This document shows, piece after piece, positions 49,460-60,369 of a stretch of DNA of 64,000 bases (its first letter is position 1; every line of letters begins with the position of its first letter). The notes under the pieces were generated by a model that saw only the letters and a list, made by a program, of their open reading frames with translations, did not search any database and was not told where the DNA came from. Both the position numbers and the translations under genes were made by a program. This DNA is from Candidatus Bathyarchaeota archaeon (GTDB lineage Archaea > Thermoproteota > Bathyarchaeia > Bathyarchaeales > Bathycorpusculaceae), in assembly GCA_963702095.1 (NCBI GenBank), contig OY969706.1:1184001-1248000 (forward strand), read 5' to 3'.

Positions 49460-51567
49460 TTAATAGTTTCTTCCGTTCCAGCAGGAACAATGTTTTGGCG
49501 GTGGGTTTGGATAGCTGTTTGTTGTGCCAGTGACATAGTAAGGACGCATCATTTCGTTGTCTTCATGGTCTATTATGTGACAGTGCCAGACATATCCTGG
49601 TCCGTAGGTCGGGTCAAAGGAGTATAGGTTAACGCCTGGTTTAGGTGCACAGGGTCCACTAACGGGTGCATCTTGCGGTGCCCATCTAATGCGTATAACA
49701 GTCACATAGCCCGGCGGTGTCTGTATTGTATCTTTCCATGCGTGTTCATTAGCCGCAGGTGGTTCTGGATGGCCCAGTCAAGTATGACTGAACTGAAAGT
49801 GTCTGTGGAACCTCATCGTTGGGTACTGGAACTTCTCCGTTGAGTGCTTTCCAATCCATCTCATACTGCATAGCGTCGAAAGGTATACGGTAAACTACTT
49901 GGAACTGTGTTAGGTGGGTGTGTATCGGGTGTGTATCCATGGTTGGGTTGACAAGCCACCAGTCTTCAGTCGATCCTACTTTTGGAGTCTCAGTGATAAC
50001 GCCCATCCATCGCTGGCCATTTAAGAATACTCCAAGGGGTTCATCTGCGGCGTTGACTTCTTCAAAGTATGGCAGGGTTCTGCTTGGACTGTCTGCCTTA
50101 AGTGTGGGGAAAGTATTGCCTTTTAGAGTCGGCTCAAGGAAGTGTGGTAGGTTCTTTGCTTTGAATCCATAATGGTTGCCTACTGTGAACTGCATTATTT
50201 GCCCAGTATTCTCATCAATAGGGTCACCGTTTGGGAATGGTGCATTAGCATTGTTACTCATTATTACTTTTGTTCCGGGTGCAAGCTTTGAGAAGTCAAC
50301 AAGAATTCCTGCGCGTTCGCCTGGCGCAATCAACAATGAGTTCATTTGGACTGCTGTCTGTTCATAGCCGCCGTCAGTCATGATTTCGGTGAATGCAACA
50401 GCTTGTCCTGTTCCCACTACTGTTAAGCTTATGTTGTAGAATCTTGCGTTTGAACCATCTAGGCATGCGGAAGAAGTATTGGCCTCGATCAACGTTTAGG
50501 TTTGGCCAAACTTTACCGTTTACCATGATGGTGTTTCCGAAAAACTCTGGGTTCCAGTAGGGGTGGACATCAGGGACATTGCCTTCGCTTGGGAACCACA
50601 TTGAACCGTCAGTGTTAAACGAGCGGTCTTGAATGGCTATGGGGATGTCATATTTGCCGGTTGGTAGTTTGTTGGCTATGGGGTCGCATGGGTCGCGGAT
50701 AAGCCAGAAGCCTGCGAGACCAGACATGACATTTAGGCGGGTAACGCCTAATGCGTGATCATGGTACCATATAGTGGCGGGTTGTTGCTCGTTTGGATAG
50801 TAGTAGACTGCAGAGTTTGCTGAGGTGGGTTTTGCTGTCGCATAATCCATGCCGTGAGTGCCGTCGGCGGTGAACCACTGTTCGGGTCCGCCGTCAGAAT
50901 CGGACCTAACGACTGCTCCGTGGACGTGTGTCACCAGTGGAACTGGCGATTGTGCATCCCAACCGTTGGGATTAAGGGTTGTGTCATCGACTTGGATTGG
51001 TTGACCGTTGTATCCTGGTGGATAGGGCGGTGCAAGACCCATACCTGCTTGCATTGTTGCTTCCATCATTGGAATTTGGTTGGGGTTTGCCCAGTGAAGA
51101 GTTGAGTCGACTGCGAACATTTCAGGTTGGGTTATTTTGTTTGTCCAGGTAACCTGTACTGGAACGTCGCGTATTGTGTCGAATGTTGCTCCGGGTGAGT
51201 TGCGGAAGTATCCGAGGTATTTACCTGTGACTGCATCTTTAGCGATTCCACCGTAGCCCCAAACTGTTGTTTGTCCAAAACCTGTGGGGTTTCCGTTGGC
51301 ATCGGTTGTTGGTAGGATTTGTTCGGTGAACTGGGTCATGTCAATTTTGTATTGCTGGGTCCATTGGCGGGTTTTGCAGTCATAGGAATAGGTTGGCACG
51401 TAGACAGGGGGTATTACTAGTTGATTGACGTATTTCGGTATTAGAGAGGGGTCGAGTGTTGGTTGGTCGACTATTTGTGCGTTTGCAGTGTTTGGATTTA
51501 AGATAGCGAACATCGATAGCAGCATTGAAGCTACTAAAACTATTGCTAATTTATTTTTTAAGCCCAT
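49460..51567 (-). CDS. Multicopper oxidase (CotA/bilirubin oxidase-like), two +1 frameshifts near 50462 and 49770
   Basis: HVHG, WYHDH, HPIHTH and WHCHIIDHEDNEMM spread over three frames. Confidence 0.85.
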
Positions 51568-51811
51568 TTTAACTGCCTCAAAAATCGAGCGTATTACACA
51601 TCTAATTACACATCTAATCTGTTCAAAAACGAATTAGAAGTAACTTAATCTGCTCAATTGTACATTCGAGTGAGCACTATTAATCAGTTTGTTGTAGCTT
51701 GATGGCAACTACTTCGTTAAATTGACCCTGTGCAATCAACACTTACAAGTTGCGGCAAATATCGGATATTAGAACTAAAAAGCAATCAAGCGGAAATATG
51801 AGAGAAAAAAG

Positions 51812-51888
51812 CGGGCCCGGTGGGATTTGAACCCACGATCTCCGGCTCCGAAAGGCCGACACCTTAATCCGTGCTAGGCTACGAGCCC
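51812..51888 (-). tRNA. tRNA-Arg(TCG) with one extra T in the anticodon loop
   Basis: GGGCTCG...TCGGC CTTTCGGA GCCGG...GTGGG TTCAAAT CCCAC CGGGCCC G. Confidence 0.85.
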
Positions 51889-52073
51889 ATATTCATGCAA
51901 TTAGGCTGGCTACTTACATTTTAGTTTTGCGTGAGACGGATATGAGATTTGGTATTTGCTAAATTGTGTCTGCTTTCGGCAAATCTCATCACAATTTATC
52001 ACTTATGGCAAGAGAAATAGATTCTTTTTCTTAAAGACAAAAAAGGGAAAGTGAAGTTGCTTTTCACTTCATT

Positions 52074-52853
52074 TTACGGTCGTTTTCTAAGAAGTAAGAT
52101 GCCTAGCACTGCGCCAACGATTATGATTACTACTGCAATAATAGCGATGCCCATCCAGAGGTCTGATGTCGTTGCTAGTCCTGACTGCGGTGGTGCTGCT
52201 GTTGGTTGGGGTGCTGTAGCGTCTGTTGCGGTGAAGCCTGCTGAAGCGGCGGATGGCCAGTAGCTGTTGGAGCCATCAAAGTTAGCGTAGACTGTGAAGT
52301 CTCCTGAGATATCAGGTGTCCAAGTGTAGGTGTATGTTCCATAAGCATCGCTTGTGGTGCTGCCGATTTGTCGGTAGTTGCCGTTTGCGTCGAGGACGTA
52401 TAGGTTGATTGGGACGCCAGTGGTGTTGTATGGCATTGGCTGCTGCTGGTAAACGGTTTCCATGAATGCGCTCTGGCATTCGTCGGAGACAGCTGGAACG
52501 CCGTTGGGGTAGTTGAGCTTCACAGCGTTTTGTTCTGTGCCTGGCGAAACGTCGGTTACTCTGCCTGAAATGGTTATCGGTGTTGCTGTTGTTACGCCAA
52601 CGCTTGGAGCTGACACTGTGAGTGAGGTCGGTCCTTTGGCAAAGGCGTAAACTTGGTTGTCGTATTCGTTGACTGAGATGTAGACTCCTTGAGCAATCGC
52701 GTGGGCTCTGGTGTATGTGCCGAGTTCTTTCCAGATTAAGCTGCCATCGGTCATGTTGAGTGCTATAACTTGTGCACCGTGGAACAGCGGTGGGTCATAC
52801 TCGTGGCGGATACCATAGTAAGCTACGTTGCCGCTTTGGCAAGCCATACCCAT
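52074..52853 (-). pseudogene. C-terminal fragment of large PQQ-propeller-type surface protein
   Basis: NEYDNQVYAFAKGP, GVPAVSD, TGVP and C-terminal TM; no signal peptide or N-terminus. Confidence 0.7.
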
Positions 52854-53308
52854 AAAGCAAGCAGTAAGTATTTAGAATTTGCCATAACAAACAGAACTCC
52901 GATTGCCAGCCCGACAGACAGAACGCCAGCCCCGCAACAGACCAAAAGCCAGCCCCGTAGGTGACAGTTTTTCACACATCTACCTCAAAAACCTCCCTTC
53001 GGGTTGGGTAACGCAGACTTCACAGAACCCTAATTTCAGTGTATCATATTGGTCAGCATTTAAGCTTTTGCCAAGGCAGACTTCCGCTAAGTCGCTCGGA
53101 GAGTTAAAAATAGTTTGAAAAGTTAAGTAGAAATAATTTAGAGAGACAAAACGGCTCTATTTTGCTGATAAAAAAGAAAAATGCAAGATACCCTCAGAGT
53201 AGCGAATCTCTATCAGCTTGAACTTCTGGGCAACGATTTAAAAATTGAAACTTGGCCCCAGGCTAAAAAGATAGTCTTAAAAGCAAATTACGGTTATATT
53301 GACTGTTT

Positions 53309-53689
53309 ATGAAACTATGGAAAGTACTTGGGTACATTTTTGTTCTCTTAGGAACCGCTGTTTTCTTCTACGGTTTTTTCATAGGGTTGACTGATGCAAT
53401 TAATCCCTCTTCTGCCCTGATTTTCGGGGGGGCCTTAGATTTGTCGATGGATTCTTTTTTCTCGGTTCTTTGGGCTTCCATAGGTTCTTGGATGATATTG
53501 GCAACAATCATGTTCGCTATCGGTGGAATTGGATTAATTCTTGGTAGAAGCCCAAAAAAAGACGAAATACCGCCTAATCAAGCCATTAATTCCCGTCTCG
53601 ATGAACTGGAAAGAAACATGGGGCAAAATTTTGAAGTACTCTCGAAGAGGCTTGAGGAAATCGAACGAAAACAAAATGCAGGCGCTTGA
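53309..53689 (+). CDS. Hypothetical 2-TM protein with coiled-coil tail
   Basis: Hydropathy pattern. Confidence 0.6.
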   Translation: MKLWKVLGYIFVLLGTAVFFYGFFIGLTDAINPSSALIFGGALDLSMDSFFSVLWASIGSWMILATIMFAIGGIGLILGRSPKKDEIPPNQAINSRLDELERNMGQNFEVLSKRLEEIERKQNAGA

Positions 53690-53789
53690 CTCACCATTAG
53701 CGGGCGCATCCTCGTGGCAACTTTAACACCACCTAAAGCGGCGCGGTAGATGACTTTTTGGTTAGCCAACTTCTGCCATTTTATTAGCA

Positions 53790-53930
53790 AAATGAGAATC
53801 AGCTGGTCTGCTTGCGGAATCCGCCACAACCAGCCGGCAACCCCCCGCAGACGCAGACGCCAAAACAAAGCCGCCGGCTAAGCCTTCTGGCTGTTGTTGT
53901 GTATAGGGGTTCTCCACTACAACTACTACT
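53790..53930 (+). repeat. Dispersed intergenic element, copy B
   Basis: Matches copies A and C; ggaatccgccacaacca is identical to copy C. Confidence 0.7.
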
Positions 53931-54031
53931 GAATAAAGCGTTATGCGGCTAAACTCATGATTGACAGAAAATCCTTATCCGTTATTCTTATAAACCTACG
54001 CTAGTATTTACTTCTGTCACCTCAAAAATGG

Positions 54032-54109
54032 GGGCCGGTAGCTCAGCACGGCTGGAGCGTTCGACTGATAATCGAAAGGTCGGCAGTTCGAATCCGCCTC
54101 GGCCCACCA
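54032..54109 (+). tRNA. tRNA-Ile(GAT)
   Basis: GGGCCGG...TTCGA CT GAT AA TCGAA...TCGGCCC A CCA. Confidence 0.93.
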
Positions 54110-54188
54110 TTCCCACTTATCTCGCCTTTTACCCTAAAAACCGTAAACGCTATTAACAATCGTGGCTCATAAGGGCAGTCGATCCAAC

Positions 54189-54575
54189 ATGAATGGAAAG
54201 CTCCTGACTGTGATTTTTGTTGCCGTTGTTTTGATTGTGGCAACAGTTTTAGTCGTTTCCTTCATGAACACCCCTTCTGAGCACTCCGAGCCCTCGCCAT
54301 TGTTCACTGTCACTGGTAAACAGCAGCAAACCAGCGCCACATCGGGAGAATACCAAGTTATCAGTTGGAACTTCGCCTTCGCTTATACCGGTGCAAAAGC
54401 ACTACAGAACGTCAACCTATACCTAAACAATGGAGACATGCCTTTCAAAACTGTTCCGTCGGTAACCCAAGGTTGGACTTACGAGTACATTTGGACACCG
54501 GGCGACATCGGCGCAAACGCTACAATAACTGTTTCATGGCAGGGCGGAACAGAACAATATGACTTTCAACCCTAG
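54189..54575 (+). CDS. Membrane-anchored Ig-like hypothetical protein
   Basis: N-terminal TM, beta-rich body. Confidence 0.6.
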   Translation: MNGKLLTVIFVAVVLIVATVLVVSFMNTPSEHSEPSPLFTVTGKQQQTSATSGEYQVISWNFAFAYTGAKALQNVNLYLNNGDMPFKTVPSVTQGWTYEYIWTPGDIGANATITVSWQGGTEQYDFQP

Positions 54576-54594
54576 TCAGTTTCAATAGCCTGGA

Positions 54595-55734
54595 TTAATC
54601 CTGTTTTCTTTGCTTCTTTTTCGGGGACTTAAATTTAATATCAAACTCTATGCTGCCCTCTTCTGCGCTGAAAACCAGTTTTTCCTCCTCTTGCTGGGGC
54701 GGTTGTGGTGCTTTTTGGAGCTGAGTTGACTCAAAGGGCACTTGCTCTCCAACCACTTCCTGCTCAGGTTTAATCGTTTCTTTTACTGTTTTAACCACAT
54801 CCTCTTTGGTCACTTCCTCAATCCTTTCGCCTACTTTCTGCAGGGGCTCAACGATTTTTTGCACTGAAGCAGGCAGATGCAGCTTTGCGTGGGTGCCCAT
54901 GGTTGTAGCGTAAACCTTTGATACCTCCGCGCCGAAAAGCACGATTTGGTTGAGAACAAAAATCCAAAGCAAAATGATCAGAAGAGACCCTGCTGCGCCT
55001 GCAACGGTGGTTACAGTGAAGGTTTGGATATAGGCTCCAAAGACATAGTTGGTTACGGTAAACGCGATGCCTGTGACTACTGCGGCTAAAGCGACGTCTC
55101 GCCAGTGTACTTTGGCTTCGGGAATCATCTTGTAGATAATCGCTAAGAGGAAGGTAACTACTGCGAAGGACAAAAATATCTGGGCTATAGTTAAGCCTAT
55201 GAAGGTTAAGAACGCGTTGATGGAATACTGGGATAGGGCATTGTAGAGGGTTCCAGCAAAGTCAGTCCACAGAATCACAATCAACCCCAAAGAGGACACG
55301 ATGGCAAACGGCACAATCTTCTGTCTCACACGCTTCCAAATCGGCAGCCCCTTAGGCAAAGTGACTTCCCAGATGCAATCCATAGCGTCACGAAGAACCG
55401 AAAAAGCGCCGATTGCCCCGCCGATGGAAAACCCGATAACCACTATAGCAGTCCAAGCCGACGTAAAAGGTGACCCTGTACTTACGATTAATTGGCTAAA
55501 AAGCTGAGCAACAGCGGGTCCCACCACCGCGGTGATTTGCTGCACAAGGATTTGTATGGCTTGCTCTTGACCTAAAAAAACGGCGAAGAGCGACGTTACA
55601 AGTAAAAGCAGGGTAGGCAAGGGAAGAATTATAAAAAATGTCAGTGCCGCAGCTCTGATCGTGGCATTGTCGTCTAGCCAATCGGTAAAGGCAGTTCTGA
55701 AAATACCGTAGAGTTCCTGTTTATTCATTTGCAT
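54595..55734 (-). CDS. YihY/BrkB family membrane protein
   Basis: AAALTFF..L.LP, YKMIP and LFGAE. Confidence 0.88.
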   Translation of the reverse strand: MQMNKQELYGIFRTAFTDWLDDNATIRAAALTFFIILPLPTLLLLVTSLFAVFLGQEQAIQILVQQITAVVGPAVAQLFSQLIVSTGSPFTSAWTAIVVIGFSIGGAIGAFSVLRDAMDCIWEVTLPKGLPIWKRVRQKIVPFAIVSSLGLIVILWTDFAGTLYNALSQYSINAFLTFIGLTIAQIFLSFAVVTFLLAIIYKMIPEAKVHWRDVALAAVVTGIAFTVTNYVFGAYIQTFTVTTVAGAAGSLLIILLWIFVLNQIVLFGAEVSKVYATTMGTHAKLHLPASVQKIVEPLQKVGERIEEVTKEDVVKTVKETIKPEQEVVGEQVPFESTQLQKAPQPPQQEEEKLVFSAEEGSIEFDIKFKSPKKKQRKQD

Positions 55735-55883
55735 CCTTTTAGAAGTTGTATGCTTGAGGAATAAAGGTTTGAGCGTTAAGCATTGTTATATGTGTTTGTG
55801 ATGGTAAAGTTACAGTCACAGCAGCCAAGCGCCAATAGTTTTTTAAAGTCAACACAGAGAATAACTATTCAGAGGCTGAGTAT

Positions 55884-56264
55884 TTGACTAAAGAAGATGA
55901 AATGTTAGCTGAGTTAAAAAAAATCCGTGAAGCCTTAGAGAAAGCACCGCCGCCTGCGCCGCCAAAGGGATTATGGAATGAATTCAAAGATTTCCTGTCG
56001 AAATACAAGATTCTTGGATTAGCGGTTGCGTTTGTTTTAGGCTTGTATCTTGGCACGCTTGTTCAGGCGTTGGTCAGCAGCTTCATAATGCCGCTGATCG
56101 GTCTAGCGATTCCGAATGTAGATAATCTTGCAACCTACACTGTGACTTTTGGTAATCAGAACTTTACGGTCGGAGTGTTTTTTGTGGCGCTGATTACGTT
56201 CCTGATCGTAGCGTTCGTAGTGTTCTTGGTTGTTAAAGTCGCCAAGAAATGGAAAATAGACTAA
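55884..56264 (+). CDS. mscL: Large-conductance mechanosensitive channel
   Basis: EFKDFL, LAVAFVLG, IMP and FLIVAFVVF. Confidence 0.88.
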   Translation: MTKEDEMLAELKKIREALEKAPPPAPPKGLWNEFKDFLSKYKILGLAVAFVLGLYLGTLVQALVSSFIMPLIGLAIPNVDNLATYTVTFGNQNFTVGVFFVALITFLIVAFVVFLVVKVAKKWKID

Positions 56265-56266
56265 GA

Positions 56267-56300
56267 ACCTAAAAAAACAGGTTCCCTTTTCCCTTTCTTT
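56267..56300. terminator. Hairpin plus T-rich tract between convergent mscL and ahbD
   Basis: gaacct-aaaaaaac-aggttc followed by a pyrimidine run. Confidence 0.45.
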
Positions 56301-57367
56301 TAAGCCCCTCTTATAGGCTGGTAAATGCAGTAGGGCTCTTCAGCCAAGACACTTCTATTTACCGATAATGCTCTGGCTCGGCAACCCCCACAGGCAGCCT
56401 TAAATTCGCAAGCACCGCATTTACCGGTCAGTAAATCATGATTGCGCAACTCAACAAACAAAGCAGACTCTTGATAGATTTCTCTAAAGCTCTTTCTCCT
56501 GATGTTACCTGCGGCAAGAGGCAAAAACCCACAGCCAAAAACATCTCCAACATGGGAAACAAAGCAGAAGCCGTTTCCCGCCATGCAGCCTCTGCCAACG
56601 GTTGGATGACCCGAAGACGCATGTGGTGTGACACCCTCTTCTTGGTGCTGAGATATTATGCGTGTGTATTGGGGTGCACAGGTTACTTTGATGGGAATCG
56701 GCGAGGACAAATTCATTTCGTAAACTGTTTGCAGCGTTGCTTCGTATTGGCTGGGAGCTATTTCCATCTCAACTTTTCCTCGTCCCGTCGGCACCAGCAT
56801 AAAGACATCCCATTCTGTAGCGCCTAAACCCACCGCCAACTGTAACATCTTGGGCAAATCCTCCAAGTTATGTTTGGTAACTGTTGTGTTGATTCTAAAC
56901 GGCAAATCCCCCGCTTTGGCATAGGTGATGTTTTGCATGGCTAAATCAAACGCACCCTCCACTCTCCTAAAGGAATCGTGGATTTCTGCGTTGGAGCCAT
57001 CGAGGCTAACTGAAATCATCTTTACGCCTGAAGCCTTCATCCTGTCGATAACCTTTGGGATGATGTCGCTTCCGCTCGGAGACATAACCACCTTGATGCC
57101 CAACTTAGTTGCGTAGGCGGCTACTTCAAAGATGTCTTTGCGCTGGAGAGGGTCGCCGCCACTGATGATTAGGATTGGTTTGCAGAATTCGGCGATTTGA
57201 TCCATGAGGTTGAGGGCTTCTTGGGTGGTGAGTTGGTTGGGGTCGGCTTGTTTTTGGGCTTGGGCGCGGCAGTGACGGCAGGCGTAATTGCAGGCTCTGG
57301 TGGATTCCCATGCAATTACTCGGGGTGCCACAGATTGGCTTTGATGGATTGCTGCCATGTTGGGCAT
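56300..57367 (-). CDS. ahbD: Radical SAM heme synthase
   Basis: WESTRACNYACRHC, FMLVPTGRG and SPASM cysteines; operon context. Confidence 0.82.
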   Translation of the reverse strand: MPNMAAIHQSQSVAPRVIAWESTRACNYACRHCRAQAQKQADPNQLTTQEALNLMDQIAEFCKPILIISGGDPLQRKDIFEVAAYATKLGIKVVMSPSGSDIIPKVIDRMKASGVKMISVSLDGSNAEIHDSFRRVEGAFDLAMQNITYAKAGDLPFRINTTVTKHNLEDLPKMLQLAVGLGATEWDVFMLVPTGRGKVEMEIAPSQYEATLQTVYEMNLSSPIPIKVTCAPQYTRIISQHQEEGVTPHASSGHPTVGRGCMAGNGFCFVSHVGDVFGCGFLPLAAGNIRRKSFREIYQESALFVELRNHDLLTGKCGACEFKAACGGCRARALSVNRSVLAEEPYCIYQPIRGA

Positions 57368-57368
57368 T

Positions 57369-58502
57369 TTAGGATCCTACTTCCTGCTCGGTTAAGTAGC
57401 ATGCAGGGTCAGGAGCCCACACATCCCCGTATACGGCTTCGGCGCGGACTCGCAGATTGCCGTTGCAAACTTCGAGAAAGTGGCATCCATGGCATTTCCC
57501 TTTTAAATGCGCTTTGCGGTTTCTGAGGGCAACTAACATGGTTTCATTGTCTGTCCAGATTTCGCTGAATTTACGTTCCCTAACATTGCCTAAGGCATAG
57601 TGACGCCAGAACTGGTCTGGATACACATTTCCTTGGGGGTCAATGCATCCTATGCCTACGCCGGAACTGTTGCCCCCATTGACTTTGAGGAGTCCCAGCG
57701 CGTTTTGGGCTTGGCTGGGGCTTTTTTCTTTCAGTTTTAAGTAGAGGTAGGCGGCGTCGGCATGGTTGTCGACGGTTAAGATTTCAGTGGTTTGATGGAT
57801 TTTTTCTGCTTGAGCTAAAATGTAATCCATAAACGCCCTTGTCTGGGCATGGGTTAAGTCGTCGTTGACGATTAAGGAGCCCCGCCCAGCGTAGGCTAGG
57901 TGATAGAAGCAGACCCGAGGGATCTTCTCTGCCTCGATTAACTCGAAAATTCGGGGTAAATCATTTACATTATATTTTGTTACGGTGAAGCGTAGCCCCG
58001 GCTTTACCCCTGCCTTCTTGCAGTTTCGGATGCCCTCCATTGCCGCTTGGTATGCGTTGGTGCCTCCGCGGAATTTGTTGTTGGTTTCTTCTGCGCCGTC
58101 TAAGCTTACGCCGACATAAGAGAACCCTGCTTTCTTCAGTTTCTGGGCTACCGTGGCTGTGATTAGGGTGCCGTTTGTTGACAGCACTGCCCGAATGCCC
58201 TTGCCTGTAGCTAACGTGGCTAATTCAAAGAGGTCTTCTCTTAGGATGGGTTCGCCTCCGGAAAATAGCAGAACTGGCGCACCCAACACTCCGAGGTCCT
58301 CTATGAGCGCTTTAGCTTCTGTTGTGGTTAATTCGTTTGGGTAATGTTTGTTTTCAGCGTTGGCGTAGCAGTGGATACAGCGAAGGTTGCAACGTTGCGT
58401 GCTGTTCCAGACGACGACTGGTTTTTGATGGGTGGTGCTGCTGTAGCGGAGGTTATCCATCGAACCGGCGATGCCGCACCAGAGTTTGGTTATGTTCAAC
58501 AT
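57369..58502 (-). CDS. ahbC: Radical SAM Fe-coproporphyrin III synthase
   Basis: PVVVWNSTQRCNLRCIHC, CFYHL.YAGRG, LTVDNHAD and GGNSSG. Confidence 0.88.
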   Translation of the reverse strand: MLNITKLWCGIAGSMDNLRYSSTTHQKPVVVWNSTQRCNLRCIHCYANAENKHYPNELTTTEAKALIEDLGVLGAPVLLFSGGEPILREDLFELATLATGKGIRAVLSTNGTLITATVAQKLKKAGFSYVGVSLDGAEETNNKFRGGTNAYQAAMEGIRNCKKAGVKPGLRFTVTKYNVNDLPRIFELIEAEKIPRVCFYHLAYAGRGSLIVNDDLTHAQTRAFMDYILAQAEKIHQTTEILTVDNHADAAYLYLKLKEKSPSQAQNALGLLKVNGGNSSGVGIGCIDPQGNVYPDQFWRHYALGNVRERKFSEIWTDNETMLVALRNRKAHLKGKCHGCHFLEVCNGNLRVRAEAVYGDVWAPDPACYLTEQEVGS

Positions 58503-58969
58503 TTTGTTATCTCCTTGATTTTGGGAGTTTTGAGGTTTCGTTTGCTGTAAATGATGAGGTATTCGGTTAGGCTGGTTATGCTTGAGAGAAGCTTCACTAA
58601 TTCTATCACAGAGTCGCGGTCGTGGGCATGAATTACTGTGTAAATGTTGTAGTCCCACAACCCCATTACCGTTTCACGTTCATAACAGTGGGAAATGTCA
58701 CTGAAACCTGAAAAGTACACGCCGACTTCTTGCACTCGACTCTGCGGAACCTTCCAAGCAACCAACGCGTTGGCCAAGTATCCTACGCTATTGGGTTTGA
58801 GGGATATGCCGAACCTGCGGATAACGCCGTTTTCCTGCAGTTTTTTTAAGCGTTCAATAACCTCTTGGGTTGTGATGCCTATTTTGGATGCGATTTCGTC
58901 GAATGGCTGCGCGGTTAACAGCAGCCCTTTCTCTGCTTCAAAGACGAGTTTGCGGTCTACAGAGTCCAT
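58496..58969 (-). CDS. ahbB: Siroheme decarboxylase beta subunit
   Basis: IRRFG, NALVAWKV, SHCYER and YNIYTVIH. Confidence 0.85.
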   Translation of the reverse strand: MDSVDRKLVFEAEKGLLLTAQPFDEIASKIGITTQEVIERLKKLQENGVIRRFGISLKPNSVGYLANALVAWKVPQSRVQEVGVYFSGFSDISHCYERETVMGLWDYNIYTVIHAHDRDSVIELVKLLSSITSLTEYLIIYSKRNLKTPKIKEITKC

Positions 58970-58985
58970 AATTGGTAACCTCGGG

Positions 58986-59472
58986 TTAGGCAAGTTTGAA
59001 TCGGACGTTTATTTTAAAACAGTTTTTAGTGGGTAGGCTCAGCAGGTTCTTTAGGGGTACCGCGGCTTTTTGGGCAATCTCGTTTAAGGTTGCGTCCAAT
59101 TCGGTTTGGCTGGCGGCTTTGAGTGTAAACCATACGTTGTATTCGTGGTCTCGCTCATAGTTGTGTGAGACATTGCTGTATTGATTGATGACCTCTGCGA
59201 CTTCCTCAACCCTCTCATGAGGCACCTTCAACGCAACCAAGGTTGCGGCGGCGCATGCCTACTTTGGACTGGTTTAGGATGGCGCCGATTTTTTGGGTTA
59301 CACCTTGTTGATTTAGGCGTTCTATGCGGTTTAGTACTTCGGTTTCTGTAAGGTTTAGTTTGTCGCCAATCGTTTTGTAGGGTTGGGGGGTTAGTGGGAA
59401 ACTGTCTTGGAGGATTTGGATTAGTTGCCTATCAATCATATCCAAGTTTGAGGTGTCTTGGGGGGTTACCAT
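58986..59472 (-). CDS. ahbA: Siroheme decarboxylase alpha subunit, +1 frameshift near 59254
   Basis: QDSFPL..QPY in one frame; TLVALKVP...VSHNYER...YNVWFT in the next. Confidence 0.82.
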
Positions 59473-59611
59473 AATTTTTCACCGGTTACTTGCTTGCTGC
59501 TGCGCCGTTAGTTCAAGCATGTTTATTGTGGTTTACTTCTATAGTAAACGTATTAACATTGCGGAAAACTTAACACAAAATCGTTTAGTTGCGGATTAAG
59601 CAACATAACGT

Positions 59612-60073
59612 TTACTCAAACAACTTAACCATCGAATCAACCTTCAAAAACCGAGTCGTAACCGACACACGCGCATCCTTAACCCCCAAAATCAACTTCG
59701 TCCGCCGCACAACATCATTTAAATGAGCCATATCGCGTGCAAAAATGACTGAAACAATATCATACTCCCCTGTACTCTGAAAAAGATAAACCGTTTCATT
59801 GAAGGTTGTTAACTGTTTACAGGCTTTCTCCAGATGGGCTGGGTCAATTTTTAGCAGGATTGCTCCACTTACAGTGTATCCCACTTTGGCGGGGTCCACT
59901 ATAGCGGCGAAGTGGGTGATGACTTTTTCGTCTTGGAGGCGTTTGACTCGGAATCTTATGGTGGTTTCGGCGGTGTTTAGTTTGCGGCTGAGGTCTGCGA
60001 AGGATACTCTGCCGTCTTGTTGGAGGGTTTTGAGGATTTGTTTGTCGAGGTCGTCTAGTGCTGTGGTGGTCAT
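59612..60073 (-). CDS. Lrp/AsnC transcriptional regulator
   Basis: LDDLDKQIL..LQQDGR and TGEYD. Confidence 0.9.
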   Translation of the reverse strand: MTTTALDDLDKQILKTLQQDGRVSFADLSRKLNTAETTIRFRVKRLQDEKVITHFAAIVDPAKVGYTVSGAILLKIDPAHLEKACKQLTTFNETVYLFQSTGEYDIVSVIFARDMAHLNDVVRRTKLILGVKDARVSVTTRFLKVDSMVKLFE

Positions 60074-60369
60074 TTGTGGTACAGCTTAGTTATTCGTTGT
60101 TACTGTTTTATAGAAATTTCTGTGTGCTGGGTTGTTTGGGTCGGTTGGGTTTTGTTGGGGGCAGTATGATTGGTGTGTTTGTGGTTTGGGGTTTGTAGTT
60201 TTTTAGTCCTGTTATGATTAGGTGTTCGATGAAGGTGCTTCTTTTTTCTCTGCCGCGCATGGTTATGCTTATGTTGTGCTTCAACCCGTAGCCCTCTTAC
60301 ACGCAGTATATTTGGTATACAGAAAAGCTTTGTTAGCTTTCCTATACAAAATAGCACACGGTCTTTCCC

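Noticed and set aside
51942-51989. 10-bp inverted repeat (atgagatttg/caaatctcat) as MITE ends
   Set aside because: Single short occurrence with no TSD; could be chance or a local regulatory site.
58503-58658. N-terminal extension of ahbC in the ORF track
   Set aside because: Overlaps ahbB; the real start is likely ATG 58502, which follows GGAGA.
49740-59260. Coordinated +1 frameshifting system (MCO twice, ahbA, 8-nt-loop tRNA-Arg)
   Set aside because: The insertion contexts share no codon or motif; clustered single-base insertions fit a low-quality consensus.
60100-60357. 85-aa H/K/T-rich ORF
   Set aside because: Translation of a low-complexity G/T-skewed intergenic tract.
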